Source: a bacterium
GTDB lineage: Bacteria; Spirochaetota; Spirochaetia; Treponematales; Treponemataceae
Reading direction: 5' to 3'
DNA length: 64,000 nt
Assembly (NCBI GenBank): GCA_963648145.1
Contig: CAVJCY010000005.1
Coordinates: 2,749 to 66,748, forward strand
Position numbers and translations under genes: made by a program. The notes beneath the pieces are model-generated. The model did no database searches. It had not been told where the DNA came from and worked only from the letters and a program-made list of their open reading frames with translations. Shown here piece after piece: positions 49,991 through 58,560 of this stretch; position 1 is the stretch's first letter; each line of letters starts with the position of its first letter.

Positions 49991-50191
49991 GCGTAAGGGC
50001 GTGGAGCAGCGGCGAAGGTATTTTCAAATACCGAAGCCGAAGCCCGCAGGCGCAGTGCCAGGCGCCGAAGACTTTGAGCGCATAGCGAACTGCGCAAGGC
50101 CCGACCCCGGCAGGCAATTTTTACTTAAGGGCAAAAAAAATCCACAGCGAAAATTTTAATTCACTGTGGATTGCCTGCCGGGGTTACGCCC
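49991..50191. repeat. Multibranch structured repeat, copy F (reverse), carrying a terminator hairpin inside its first stem
   Basis: Minus strand GGGCGTAA-CCCCGGCAGGCAA[..]TTGCCTGCCGGGG-TCGGGC...GCCCTTACGC. Confidence 0.85.
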
Positions 50192-50199
50192 TAAAAAAA

Positions 50200-51813
50200 T
50201 TAATAAGAGGCAAGAATTTTATTCAACTGTTCTTTACCAATAATTCGCAGGAAACTGCCAAGGCGAGGACCCTGGTCTTTGTTTATGAGTGCTTTGTACA
50301 TTGCATTGAAAAGTGCTTTTGGTTCAATCTGCATTTCCGTTGCAATATCGTACATTGCCTGCTGACATTCCTTATCAACCTGGAATGTGTCAAGTTTTGG
50401 AACAACTTCGTCACGAACGCGTTTAACTGCAAGCAAAAGTTTTTCGTCCAGGTCGGCTTTACTTCCGTCCGTTCTGAGCGCAAAGCAGAAATCCGGGGCA
50501 CAGTCTGGCGCAGAATGTTGAATCCAGAACCAGGCACAAGCGGCACGGCGGCGCAATCTTTCTTCCTGTTCAGGTTTTACATTGCCCAAAGACTTAATTA
50601 CAGAATCAATGTTGCCTGAATGAATTTGCAGCAAAGTAGAAAGCATACGGATTGTAATCTGATAAGGCATAACTTCAGGAATTTTTCCGTCAATCTGAGA
50701 CAGCATATAGATTCGCTTTTCTTTATTGAACTGTTCGTCGTTCTTTGCCTTGTCTACGCCGTAAACAATTCGTTCTGTTTTGTCGTAATCTTCATAAACT
50801 TTAAGAACATCCATATCAAATGAAATGTCAAATTCTGTATTTGGACGTGTTCCTGCAAAAATGTAGCGCAGAACTTCAGCCTGGTAAACATCAAGAGCAT
50901 CCGGCAACGCAATAACTTTTCCTTTTGATGATGACATCTTGCCAGGAACGCCTTTTAAATTTACAAAGTCGTAGCGCATTGTGATTGGCGCATCCCAACC
51001 GTAAATCTGTTTTGAAACAAGTTTTGCAGTATCGTAAGAACCACCCGGAGAAATATGATCTTTTCCGCCCGGTTCAAAAACAACTTTTTCTTCGTTCCAT
51101 CTCATTGGCCAGTCAACACGCCAGCCTAATTTTGCACCCTTGAATGTCCTGATATCCGCAGTTTCGCAGTTGCCACATTCACATTTGTAAGAAATTCCGT
51201 ATTCTCCGTCATAGCCGGTAATTTCTGTAGTATCTTTCTGGCACTTTCCACAGAAAATTGCTACCGGCCAGTAAATATCTTCCGGCTTCATTTTGTGCTG
51301 ATCGTCGCGGTATTCGTTAAGGCAAGCCTTGATTGTTTCGCGGTTCTGCATTGCCTTTTTCATACCTTCTGTGTAGCGGTTTGCGCGGTATCGGCTTGCC
51401 TGGTAAAGAAATTCCGGAGCAATTCCAACGCGCGGCAGTTGAGTTTCAATATCAACTTCGTGATGGCGGGCATAATTTTCGTTACGACCGGTAGTGTCAG
51501 GTACTTCTGTAATTGGGTAGCGCAGATATTTTTCAAGAATTTCAGGATCCGGCATATTTGCAGGAACTTTTCTAAAAACATCATAATCGTCCCAGGAATA
51601 AATAAAACGTACATTTTTGCCGCGGTCGCGCAGGGCACGTACAACTAAATCAACAGTAATAATTTCGCGGAAATTTCCAAGGTGAACAGTTCCCGACGGT
51701 GTAATGCCGGAAGCACAAGTATATAAATCCAAATCACCTTTTTCGCGAATAATTTTGTCTGCCATCTGGTCAGCCCAGTGACACAATAAAGCTTTGTCTA
51801 ATTCTTTTTCCAT
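50200..51813 (-). CDS. lysS: Lysyl-tRNA synthetase, class I
   Basis: SGITPSGTVHLGNFRE, WRVDWPMRW, EPGGKDH, KMSSSKG and GPRLG motifs. Confidence 0.97.
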   Translation of the reverse strand: MEKELDKALLCHWADQMADKIIREKGDLDLYTCASGITPSGTVHLGNFREIITVDLVVRALRDRGKNVRFIYSWDDYDVFRKVPANMPDPEILEKYLRYPITEVPDTTGRNENYARHHEVDIETQLPRVGIAPEFLYQASRYRANRYTEGMKKAMQNRETIKACLNEYRDDQHKMKPEDIYWPVAIFCGKCQKDTTEITGYDGEYGISYKCECGNCETADIRTFKGAKLGWRVDWPMRWNEEKVVFEPGGKDHISPGGSYDTAKLVSKQIYGWDAPITMRYDFVNLKGVPGKMSSSKGKVIALPDALDVYQAEVLRYIFAGTRPNTEFDISFDMDVLKVYEDYDKTERIVYGVDKAKNDEQFNKEKRIYMLSQIDGKIPEVMPYQITIRMLSTLLQIHSGNIDSVIKSLGNVKPEQEERLRRRAACAWFWIQHSAPDCAPDFCFALRTDGSKADLDEKLLLAVKRVRDEVVPKLDTFQVDKECQQAMYDIATEMQIEPKALFNAMYKALINKDQGPRLGSFLRIIGKEQLNKILASY

Positions 51814-51942
51814 AATTCAGCAATTATAATAAATTTTGCCGTTCTACTCCACAAGATATTTTTCAGGAGCTTGCCTTGCGCACGAAGTCTTTGTAAATTG
51901 AATTTAATGGACAGTGATTTTCTAAAAATAAAACGGAAAAAT

Positions 51943-52173
51943 GTCGTGCTTCAGGCCGGGCTATTTACGCTTTGCTCACGAGTTTTGTTTTCTATTTTAC
52001 TTTTGTAAGGAAAACAAAACATCGCGCAGTTCCGCTGTTCGCTTCAAACTTTTGCGCTTAACAGTTATTTGCTTATTGTTTCGTCATCCCGGACTTGTGA
52101 GCCGGGATCTATAAAATCTTATTTCCAGTGGCAAAAGTTCGCACTTTGTGCGCTGCTACAATCCCTAAGCCGC
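51943..52173. repeat. Expanded multibranch repeat, copy I, with an embedded REP-like hairpin (52083-52110)
   Basis: CGGGCTAT...GCAGTTCCGCTGTTCGCTTCAAA...GTCATCCCGGACTTGTGAGCCGGGATCT...GCTGCTACAATCCCTAAGC. Confidence 0.65.
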
Positions 52174-52272
52174 AGAGCATAAAATTCTTATTTCCAGTAT
52201 AAATATGATATTTTTTGTCGTAAAAGTTAAAATAAAAAAGGCCCTCTGCTTTATCAGAAGACCTCTTTTATT

Positions 52273-52345
52273 TGAGCTACACTGGATTCGAACCAGTGAC
52301 CCACGCCTTAAAAGGGCGTTGCTCTACCTACTGAGCTAGTAGCCC
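52273..52345 (-). tRNA. tRNA-Lys(UUU)
   Basis: Acceptor GGGCTAC/GTAGCTC, anticodon arm ACGCC-CT TTT AA-GGCGT, GGTTCGAATCC T-arm. Confidence 0.97.
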
Positions 52346-52370
52346 AACTCATTCTTGCGAATGTTTCTAT

Positions 52371-52399
52371 AATATATAGAAATTGAGATTTTGTGTCAA
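52371..52399 (-). promoter_or_regulatory. sigma70 promoter of tRNA-Lys
   Basis: TTGACA-17 nt-TATATT on the minus strand. Confidence 0.8.
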
Positions 52400-52590
52400 C
52401 AGTGCAACTGCAAGTTTTTGAAAAAAAATTAATTTTTTTCAACGAAGCTGGGGACTCTATTGTAAGGGCGGCGTAGCCGGACTTGCCTAAGCGAAGTGTA
52501 AATACTGCAACACACAGGGAGTCTTGTAAAAATTTAAAAATACTGATGTTCTTTTTATTCCGACTTTAAAAAGCGTGTTATAATACTTTT

Positions 52591-54822
52591 ATGTTCAAAG
52601 CTATTTTAAGAAAGATTTTTTCAGCATGTTTTTTGTCGTTTTTGGTGTTTTCTTCTATTTCCTGTGCAGCAGGCGAACTTGAACGTAAATCTGTAAAAAT
52701 AGACACTCTATGGAAGTTTAAAGCAGGGGATAATCAAACTTACTCTTTGCCGACTTATGATGATTCTTCTTGGCAAATCAGAAATGACCTAAAAAAAATC
52801 AATTTTGACGAAATAGGAAATTATTTTTGGGTTCGTTCTACAATTTCTGTGCCGGAAGAGTTTTCTTGTAAAGATTTGTGGCTTGGTTTTAAAAAATTCA
52901 ATGCGGCGGCGGAAGTTTATGCGGACGGTGTTTATGTAGGTTCGCGCGGAAAAATGCCGCCTGCAGTAAATATCAAAATAGAAGAGGAAGATGACATTCA
53001 CATTCCGGAAAATTGTATTAAGGACGGAAAAATAAATCTTGCAATACGTTTTTATCTTCCTGGTAACAGTTTTACGGATCCTGATTTGCATCTTGATAAC
53101 GGAGACCAGGCATTTTTTCAAAATGCAGTAAAGTCGCAGTTTAATCAGAAGATTTTTATAATGCTGGCGGTTGCTTCACTCTTTTTTATTTTTTATTCGC
53201 TATTGCAGTATCTTGTTGATAACCGGGATTCTGCGTATATTTATTTCATTATAAATGTAAGTTTTATTATTTTTTACTTCCTTGATTTAGGCTCTCAGAA
53301 TCAGTTTTTCAGCAGTTATAATTTTCAGCGTTCCGTTACAAGGTGCTGTCTTGGTATTGGAATGAGTTTTATGATTCTTTTTATGAACCGCTTTTTTAAC
53401 AGAAATCACAAAAAATTTGTTACTCTTCTTACACTTGGCATTTCTGCACTTCTTTTTATTTTATTCATGGCAAATATGGGAAAAGATGCCGTTATTGACA
53501 ATCTTTTTCTTGTAGGACTTGTAGTAGTTGTTGTAACAATTGTTTACGGTTTTGTTTGTACAATACAGGCATTAAAGCGTGGTCAGAAGGGTGTTGCGCC
53601 TATTCTGATTGGTTTTATTCTTGGAACAGCGATTGCTACTCACGACATTATTTGTCAAGCTGTTGGAATTGTGCCTTTTATGTGGATTCAGGGACTTGCA
53701 TTCTTTGTTCTTGATTTTTCAATTTTTATTACACTTGCAATCAGGCAGGTTAAATCAAAGCACGATGTAAAAATTCTTGCTGACGAAACTGCAAAGCAAA
53801 AGGAAAAATTAAGTCAGATTATTGAAAATGCAAAGAAAATGGCAGATGAATCAAATCAGATTGCCGCTGCATTGAATGAATCTGTAGGAATTGTAGTAAG
53901 AACTTCTGAGCAGACTCAGGTAAAAATTAATGATATTAACGTTGCAATTGCAGAACAGACGCGCGTCAGAACAGAAACAGATAACGCTGTTCACAATCTT
54001 ACGAGCTTTCTTGATGAACTTTCGTGCGAATTTGATACTGAAACGGAAATTATTTCTAAAACTGTAAAGCAGACACAGGATGTTATTGACGGAATTACAA
54101 CGGTTGGTGAGGGAGTTTATACTGCGGCAGAATTTACAACTTCTTTAAGCAGTCTTACAAAAGAAAGCAGTGAAGAAACTAAAAAACTCATCAAGGTTAT
54201 GGATCAGGTTCAGGCTTCTTCTAATGAAATTCTAGGTGTTGTAACAACTCTTGATACTTTTGCAAATAAAATTGATTTACTTTCTATGAACGCTAGTATT
54301 GAAGCGGCTCACAGTGGCATTGCCGGTAAAGGATTTTCAGTTATTGCACATGAAATTAAGAAGCTTGCCAGTCAGACTCAGCAATGGTCCGCAAAAATTG
54401 GGGAAATTATTACAAGCGTAATCGGCTCTATTGAAGAAAGTGCACGAATGGCTAAAAAACTAGATGCTGCCCTGTCAAAAATCAACGAAGGTTCTGTAAT
54501 AAGTGCTCAGAAAGTAAATTCTGCATCTGATGGGATGAAAATTCAAAAGCAGGCCGGCGATGCAATTACCGAAGATTCTAAGATTTTGTATCAGTCTGCG
54601 GACAAAATGCAAAAAGAAGTTAAAAATCAGAGTAATTTTTCGGCACAGGTTCTTGGAAATATGGAAGCACTTTCTATTGCGTCAAATTCCGTTAATTCTG
54701 CAAGTGAAGAAATTGCAAAAGAATTTGATTCTTTAAATCAAGAAGCAAAAAAATTGAACGAACTTGCAGAACGAACTTCAATTTCTGCTCAGGAACTTTT
54801 AAAACTTATGGAAGAAGAATAA
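52591..54822 (+). CDS. Methyl-accepting chemotaxis protein with extracytoplasmic sugar-binding-like domain and about 7 TM helices
   Basis: WKFKAGD..YDDSSW jelly-roll start, about 7 hydrophobic segments, and the LLSMNASIEAAHSGIAGKGFSVIAHEIKKLA signalling hairpin. Confidence 0.88.
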   Translation: MFKAILRKIFSACFLSFLVFSSISCAAGELERKSVKIDTLWKFKAGDNQTYSLPTYDDSSWQIRNDLKKINFDEIGNYFWVRSTISVPEEFSCKDLWLGFKKFNAAAEVYADGVYVGSRGKMPPAVNIKIEEEDDIHIPENCIKDGKINLAIRFYLPGNSFTDPDLHLDNGDQAFFQNAVKSQFNQKIFIMLAVASLFFIFYSLLQYLVDNRDSAYIYFIINVSFIIFYFLDLGSQNQFFSSYNFQRSVTRCCLGIGMSFMILFMNRFFNRNHKKFVTLLTLGISALLFILFMANMGKDAVIDNLFLVGLVVVVVTIVYGFVCTIQALKRGQKGVAPILIGFILGTAIATHDIICQAVGIVPFMWIQGLAFFVLDFSIFITLAIRQVKSKHDVKILADETAKQKEKLSQIIENAKKMADESNQIAAALNESVGIVVRTSEQTQVKINDINVAIAEQTRVRTETDNAVHNLTSFLDELSCEFDTETEIISKTVKQTQDVIDGITTVGEGVYTAAEFTTSLSSLTKESSEETKKLIKVMDQVQASSNEILGVVTTLDTFANKIDLLSMNASIEAAHSGIAGKGFSVIAHEIKKLASQTQQWSAKIGEIITSVIGSIEESARMAKKLDAALSKINEGSVISAQKVNSASDGMKIQKQAGDAITEDSKILYQSADKMQKEVKNQSNFSAQVLGNMEALSIASNSVNSASEEIAKEFDSLNQEAKKLNELAERTSISAQELLKLMEEE

Positions 54823-54826
54823 AAAA

Positions 54827-54855
54827 TTTCAGGGGCAATAAAAAAGCCCCTGAAA
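54827..54855. terminator. Hairpin between convergent MCP and SRP RNA genes
   Basis: TTTCAGGGGC/GCCCCTGAAA. Confidence 0.75.
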
Positions 54856-54954
54856 GAGGCCAGATAATCTCCGGCACAAGTAAGATCTTCATACCGTTGC
54901 TTTCTTCCGAATCTAGCGGGGTTTTGAAGGATACTTTGCGGAGCATCTGACCTC
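54856..54954 (-). ncRNA. ffs: Small SRP RNA (4.5S)
   Basis: Rod GAGGTCAGAT/ATCTGGCCTC. Helix 8 AACCCCGCTAGATTC-GGAA-GAAAGCAACGGTA. TGTGCCG motif. Confidence 0.9.
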
Positions 54955-55029
54955 ATTCAGAAGCTCGTTATATATGTAAAGTAACATAAAAAATAAAATT
55001 TTACAATAAGGATATATTGTGCAACTTTA

Positions 55030-55160
55030 AAAACGCAACGTTTTAATTCGTGCTGTATCAAAGATATCTCTAAAAATTGCAATTTTTAGAGATACCCTCA
55101 ACAAATTAAAACCCGAAAGTTTCTCTAAAAAGCATTGAAAATGATTTTTCAGAGGTGTTC
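55030..55160. mobile_element. Long MITE with nested 36-bp MITE (55062-55097)
   Basis: Inner palindrome flanked by TCAA/TCAA. Removing it restores the central hairpin loop of the long form. Confidence 0.85.
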
Positions 55161-55257
55161 ATATATTTTAAAATTTTTTAAGACAAATTGTGTAATTTTT
55201 AAACTGTAGACTAAGGAAGAGCCCCTATAAAATAGGAATAATTATAGGGGAAACTTT

Positions 55258-57063
55258 ATGAAAAAGATTTTAAGGGCAGTTTTGACTGCTTTACTTTTTG
55301 CGTTTTTATTTGCATCTTGTCAGATTGATTCGGGAAGTTCTGGCAGTGGCACGGAGTCCGGCGGAAGTTCTAGTAGTAGTACTGAGTCTGGTGGCAGTTC
55401 TGAAATTACTACAACAGAAAGTGCCATTACTTATGATTGCGGTAACTTTGTAATCAAAAATAGTGGCACTTCCGTAGATTTTGTAAAAAATATGGGAATG
55501 GGCTGGAATTTGGGAAATACCCTGGACGCAACTTATTGGGAAACTTCAACCGTAGACCGCACATCTTCTACAGATATAGAAACTTGCTGGGGTATGCCAA
55601 AAACAACAGAGGCAATGATAAAAGCCGTTCACGCTGCAGGATTTAAAACTATACGTGTTCCTGTAAGCTGGCACGACCATATTTCTTCTGTTTCTGATGG
55701 AACTTACACCATTAATTCTGAATGGATGGCAAGAGTAAAGACTATTGTGGATTGGGCTTACAATGACGGAATGTGCGTTATTATAAACATTCACCATGAC
55801 AATATGCCGATTTCTACTATCAAAAATACAAAGGCTTACGGTTATGCTCTTTCTGACGATTCTGATATTCAAACAACATCAATAAATTACATAACCTCTG
55901 TCTGGAAGCAGATTGCCACGACTTTTGCTTCTTATAGCGACGCCCTTGTTTTTGAAGTTTTAAACGAACCTCGCGACAAAGACGGTGAGTGGAATGGAAA
56001 TGAATGGTGGACAAAATCTTCTGAAATGATAGACGTAATTACAAATTACGAAAATGAAGCAATTAAGGCCATTCGTTCAGTTAGTGGAAACGAAAGCCGA
56101 TATGTCATGGTGCCAGGTTATGCCGCAAGTGGTTCTGATTCCGGGGAACTTTCACTTTACACTTTCCCTACAGATTCAAATACTGATAATGGAACAAACA
56201 AACTTATTCTTTCTGCCCACGCGTATTCGCCATACAATTTTGCTATGTCTGATTTTACAGACACCACTTTTGATTCAAGCGACGCAAAAGACTTGACAAC
56301 GATTTTCAATTACCTTAAAAATAATTACGTTTCAAAGGGAATTGGCGTTGTTATGGGCGAAACTTCTGCTACTGATAAAGATAACACTGCAGAACGCGTA
56401 AAGTGGGCTAAGGATTATTATTCAAAGGCAACAGAGGCCGGAATTCCAGTTGTTTTATGGGATAACATGAACACATACGCAAGTTCTGGTGATTCAAAAT
56501 CTGGCGAAAACCACGGATATTTTAACCGTAAAACTTTAAAGTGGTACTTTCCGGACATTATAAAGGCAATGGGCAGCCAGGTTTATGATGATTATGCAGA
56601 AAAAGTTTTAATTGACAGCGAAACTTCAACTGATACTGATGATTCTGGAACGAGCGGAGATTCTGGCAGTTCAAGTTCTGAAGATTTTGATGATTCTGCA
56701 AAGACTTTGACTTCGCTTTTTTCTGGAACATACGAACTTTCTTGGGGAACAAATAAAACTTTGGAAGCGAGCCTTTTTTCTAATGCAGATGAAAATTCTT
56801 ATTTAAAATTTGAATCAACGGCCACCACTTCTTACACGGCAGATTATGTAAACTTAAAATTACAGGCAGGTGACTGGTCAACAGTCTTTTGTAATGGAAC
56901 ATGTAAAGGCGGAAGTACAGGAAACGAGGTCTTGGAGCCGACATCGGCGGAAGGAACATTATATTACAAGCCTGCAAGTTCTGAGTGGACAGAAATTAAA
57001 TCTAAAGGAATGATAGTTTACGGTTATGGAATGACAGTCACTGCCATAAGTATTGCTTACTAA
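55258..57063 (+). CDS. GH5 endoglucanase lipoprotein (GH5_4-like) with C-terminal CBM-like domain
   Basis: Lipobox FASC, Ser/Gly linker, GWNLGNTLDA, IRVPVSW, NIHHD, NEP, HAY, MGET and WDN motifs. Confidence 0.93.
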   Translation: MKKILRAVLTALLFAFLFASCQIDSGSSGSGTESGGSSSSSTESGGSSEITTTESAITYDCGNFVIKNSGTSVDFVKNMGMGWNLGNTLDATYWETSTVDRTSSTDIETCWGMPKTTEAMIKAVHAAGFKTIRVPVSWHDHISSVSDGTYTINSEWMARVKTIVDWAYNDGMCVIINIHHDNMPISTIKNTKAYGYALSDDSDIQTTSINYITSVWKQIATTFASYSDALVFEVLNEPRDKDGEWNGNEWWTKSSEMIDVITNYENEAIKAIRSVSGNESRYVMVPGYAASGSDSGELSLYTFPTDSNTDNGTNKLILSAHAYSPYNFAMSDFTDTTFDSSDAKDLTTIFNYLKNNYVSKGIGVVMGETSATDKDNTAERVKWAKDYYSKATEAGIPVVLWDNMNTYASSGDSKSGENHGYFNRKTLKWYFPDIIKAMGSQVYDDYAEKVLIDSETSTDTDDSGTSGDSGSSSSEDFDDSAKTLTSLFSGTYELSWGTNKTLEASLFSNADENSYLKFESTATTSYTADYVNLKLQAGDWSTVFCNGTCKGGSTGNEVLEPTSAEGTLYYKPASSEWTEIKSKGMIVYGYGMTVTAISIAY

Positions 57064-57086
57064 AAGTAATTTTTTTACCTGAAAGC

Positions 57087-57219
57087 CGGCCCGAGGCTGG
57101 AGCAGACGCGAAGGTTGTTTGAACAACCGAGCGGAACAAAAAAGACGTGCTGTTTGCGCGTCTTTTTTGTTTGAGGGCTACCGAACTGCGGAAGGCGAGT
57201 TGGAACGATGCACTGGCCC
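57087..57219. repeat. Multibranch structured repeat, copy D (reverse)
   Basis: Reverse complement aligns end to end with copies A and B. Stems covary (GGTTG/CAACC). Confidence 0.85.
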
Positions 57220-57287
57220 AAAATTCTAAAAAAATCTTTTGAATTGTGGAATTTAAAATAAATTGCGTTTGTTGTATACTTTTGAAT

Positions 57288-58469
57288 ATGGAAAAATTAA
57301 TTTTAAACAACTACGGAAGTTTTGACGTTGAATTTGTGAAGGGTAAAGGCGCCATGATGTGGGATGCCAGCGGTAAAAAGTACATTGATTTTATTGCCGG
57401 CATTGGTGTTAATTGTCTTGGTCATAATTATAAACCTTTGGTTCGTGCGGTGCAAAAACAGGCGGCGCGGCAAATTCATATTTCAAATTATTATTTTTCG
57501 GATGTTGGATTAAAATTTGCAAAGGCTTTGCTGGAAATTACTGGTTTTGAAAAAGGATATTTTGGAAATTCCGGGGCGGAGGCTAACGAAGCGGCACTGA
57601 AACTTGCCCGAAAGTACGGTTATTTGAATGGCGGAGAAAAACGACGCACGATTGTGACGCTGAAAAATTCTTTTCACGGAAGAACTCTTGCCACTTTGAC
57701 TGCAACTGGTCAGGATAGATTTCACCCGGATTGTTTTGCGCCTTATGCGGAAGGTTTTAAAACTATTGAAGCAAATGATTTTGAAGCTTTAAAGACTGCT
57801 TTTGATGATACAACTGCGGCTCTTTTTATTGAATGTATTCAGGGCGAAGGCGGAGTAAATCTGATTAGTAAGGAATGGGTACAGGCTGCGGCAAAAGCAG
57901 CACGCAATGCAGGTGCAATTGTTATGGCGGACGAAGTTCAAACAGGTGTTGGCCGTACAGGTGCTTATCTTGCAAGTGACTATCTTGGATTTGAACCGGA
58001 AGTTGTGACTTTGGCAAAGGGAATTGCCGGTGGTTTGCCAATGGGTGCTTGTCTTTTCCGTGGCAAGGTAGCAGATGTTTTTGTTGCGGGCGACCATCAG
58101 TCAACTTTTGCTGGAAATCCCTTGGTTTGTGCAGCAGGGCTTGAAGTTATTAATGCTTTAACGACTCCTGGATTTTATGACAGAGTAAATCACGCCGGAG
58201 ATTATATGCGCGGTCAGATTTCTTCCTGGAATTTGCCGATTGTAAAAGATGTGCGCGGACGGGGGCTTATGATTGGAACTCAGATTGCGCCTGAAATTAA
58301 ACCTTTTGACATTGAACTGCGCTGTTTGGAAAAAGGACTTTGTACTACGACCGCCGGTAAAGATGTAATAAGATTTTTGCCACCACTCACAATTTCAGAC
58401 AAAGAAATTGCAGAAGGTCTTGCGATTTATAAGGAAGTTTTAGAAGAATTCTGTAAAAGTTGCCTCTAA
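57288..58469 (+). CDS. argD: Acetylornithine aminotransferase
   Basis: NSGAEANEAA, SFHGRT, QGEGG, DEVQTG and TLAKG motifs. ATG 57288 preferred. Confidence 0.92.
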   Translation: MEKLILNNYGSFDVEFVKGKGAMMWDASGKKYIDFIAGIGVNCLGHNYKPLVRAVQKQAARQIHISNYYFSDVGLKFAKALLEITGFEKGYFGNSGAEANEAALKLARKYGYLNGGEKRRTIVTLKNSFHGRTLATLTATGQDRFHPDCFAPYAEGFKTIEANDFEALKTAFDDTTAALFIECIQGEGGVNLISKEWVQAAAKAARNAGAIVMADEVQTGVGRTGAYLASDYLGFEPEVVTLAKGIAGGLPMGACLFRGKVADVFVAGDHQSTFAGNPLVCAAGLEVINALTTPGFYDRVNHAGDYMRGQISSWNLPIVKDVRGRGLMIGTQIAPEIKPFDIELRCLEKGLCTTTAGKDVIRFLPPLTISDKEIAEGLAIYKEVLEEFCKSCL

Positions 58470-58499
58470 AAAAAATTGTTCCGTGTATTCCTCCACGAA

Positions 58500-58542
58500 A
58501 AAAAATCCTCCGTGCCACAAAAAATGGTACGGAGGATTTTTT
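58500..58542. terminator. Bidirectional terminator
   Basis: AAAAATCCTCCGTGCCA...TGGTACGGAGGATTTTT. Confidence 0.8.
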
Positions 58543-58560
58543 TATGTTTTTTTACAAAAC

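Noticed and set aside
51830..52260. T-box or lysine riboswitch upstream of lysS
   Set aside because: No T-box or lysine-riboswitch consensus was found. The structure is explained by repeat copy I, and lysS has its own -10 box 9 nt before ATG.
55330..55420. Near-tandem ESGGSS repeats in the GH5 gene
   Set aside because: This is a typical Ser/Gly tether after a lipoprotein cysteine.
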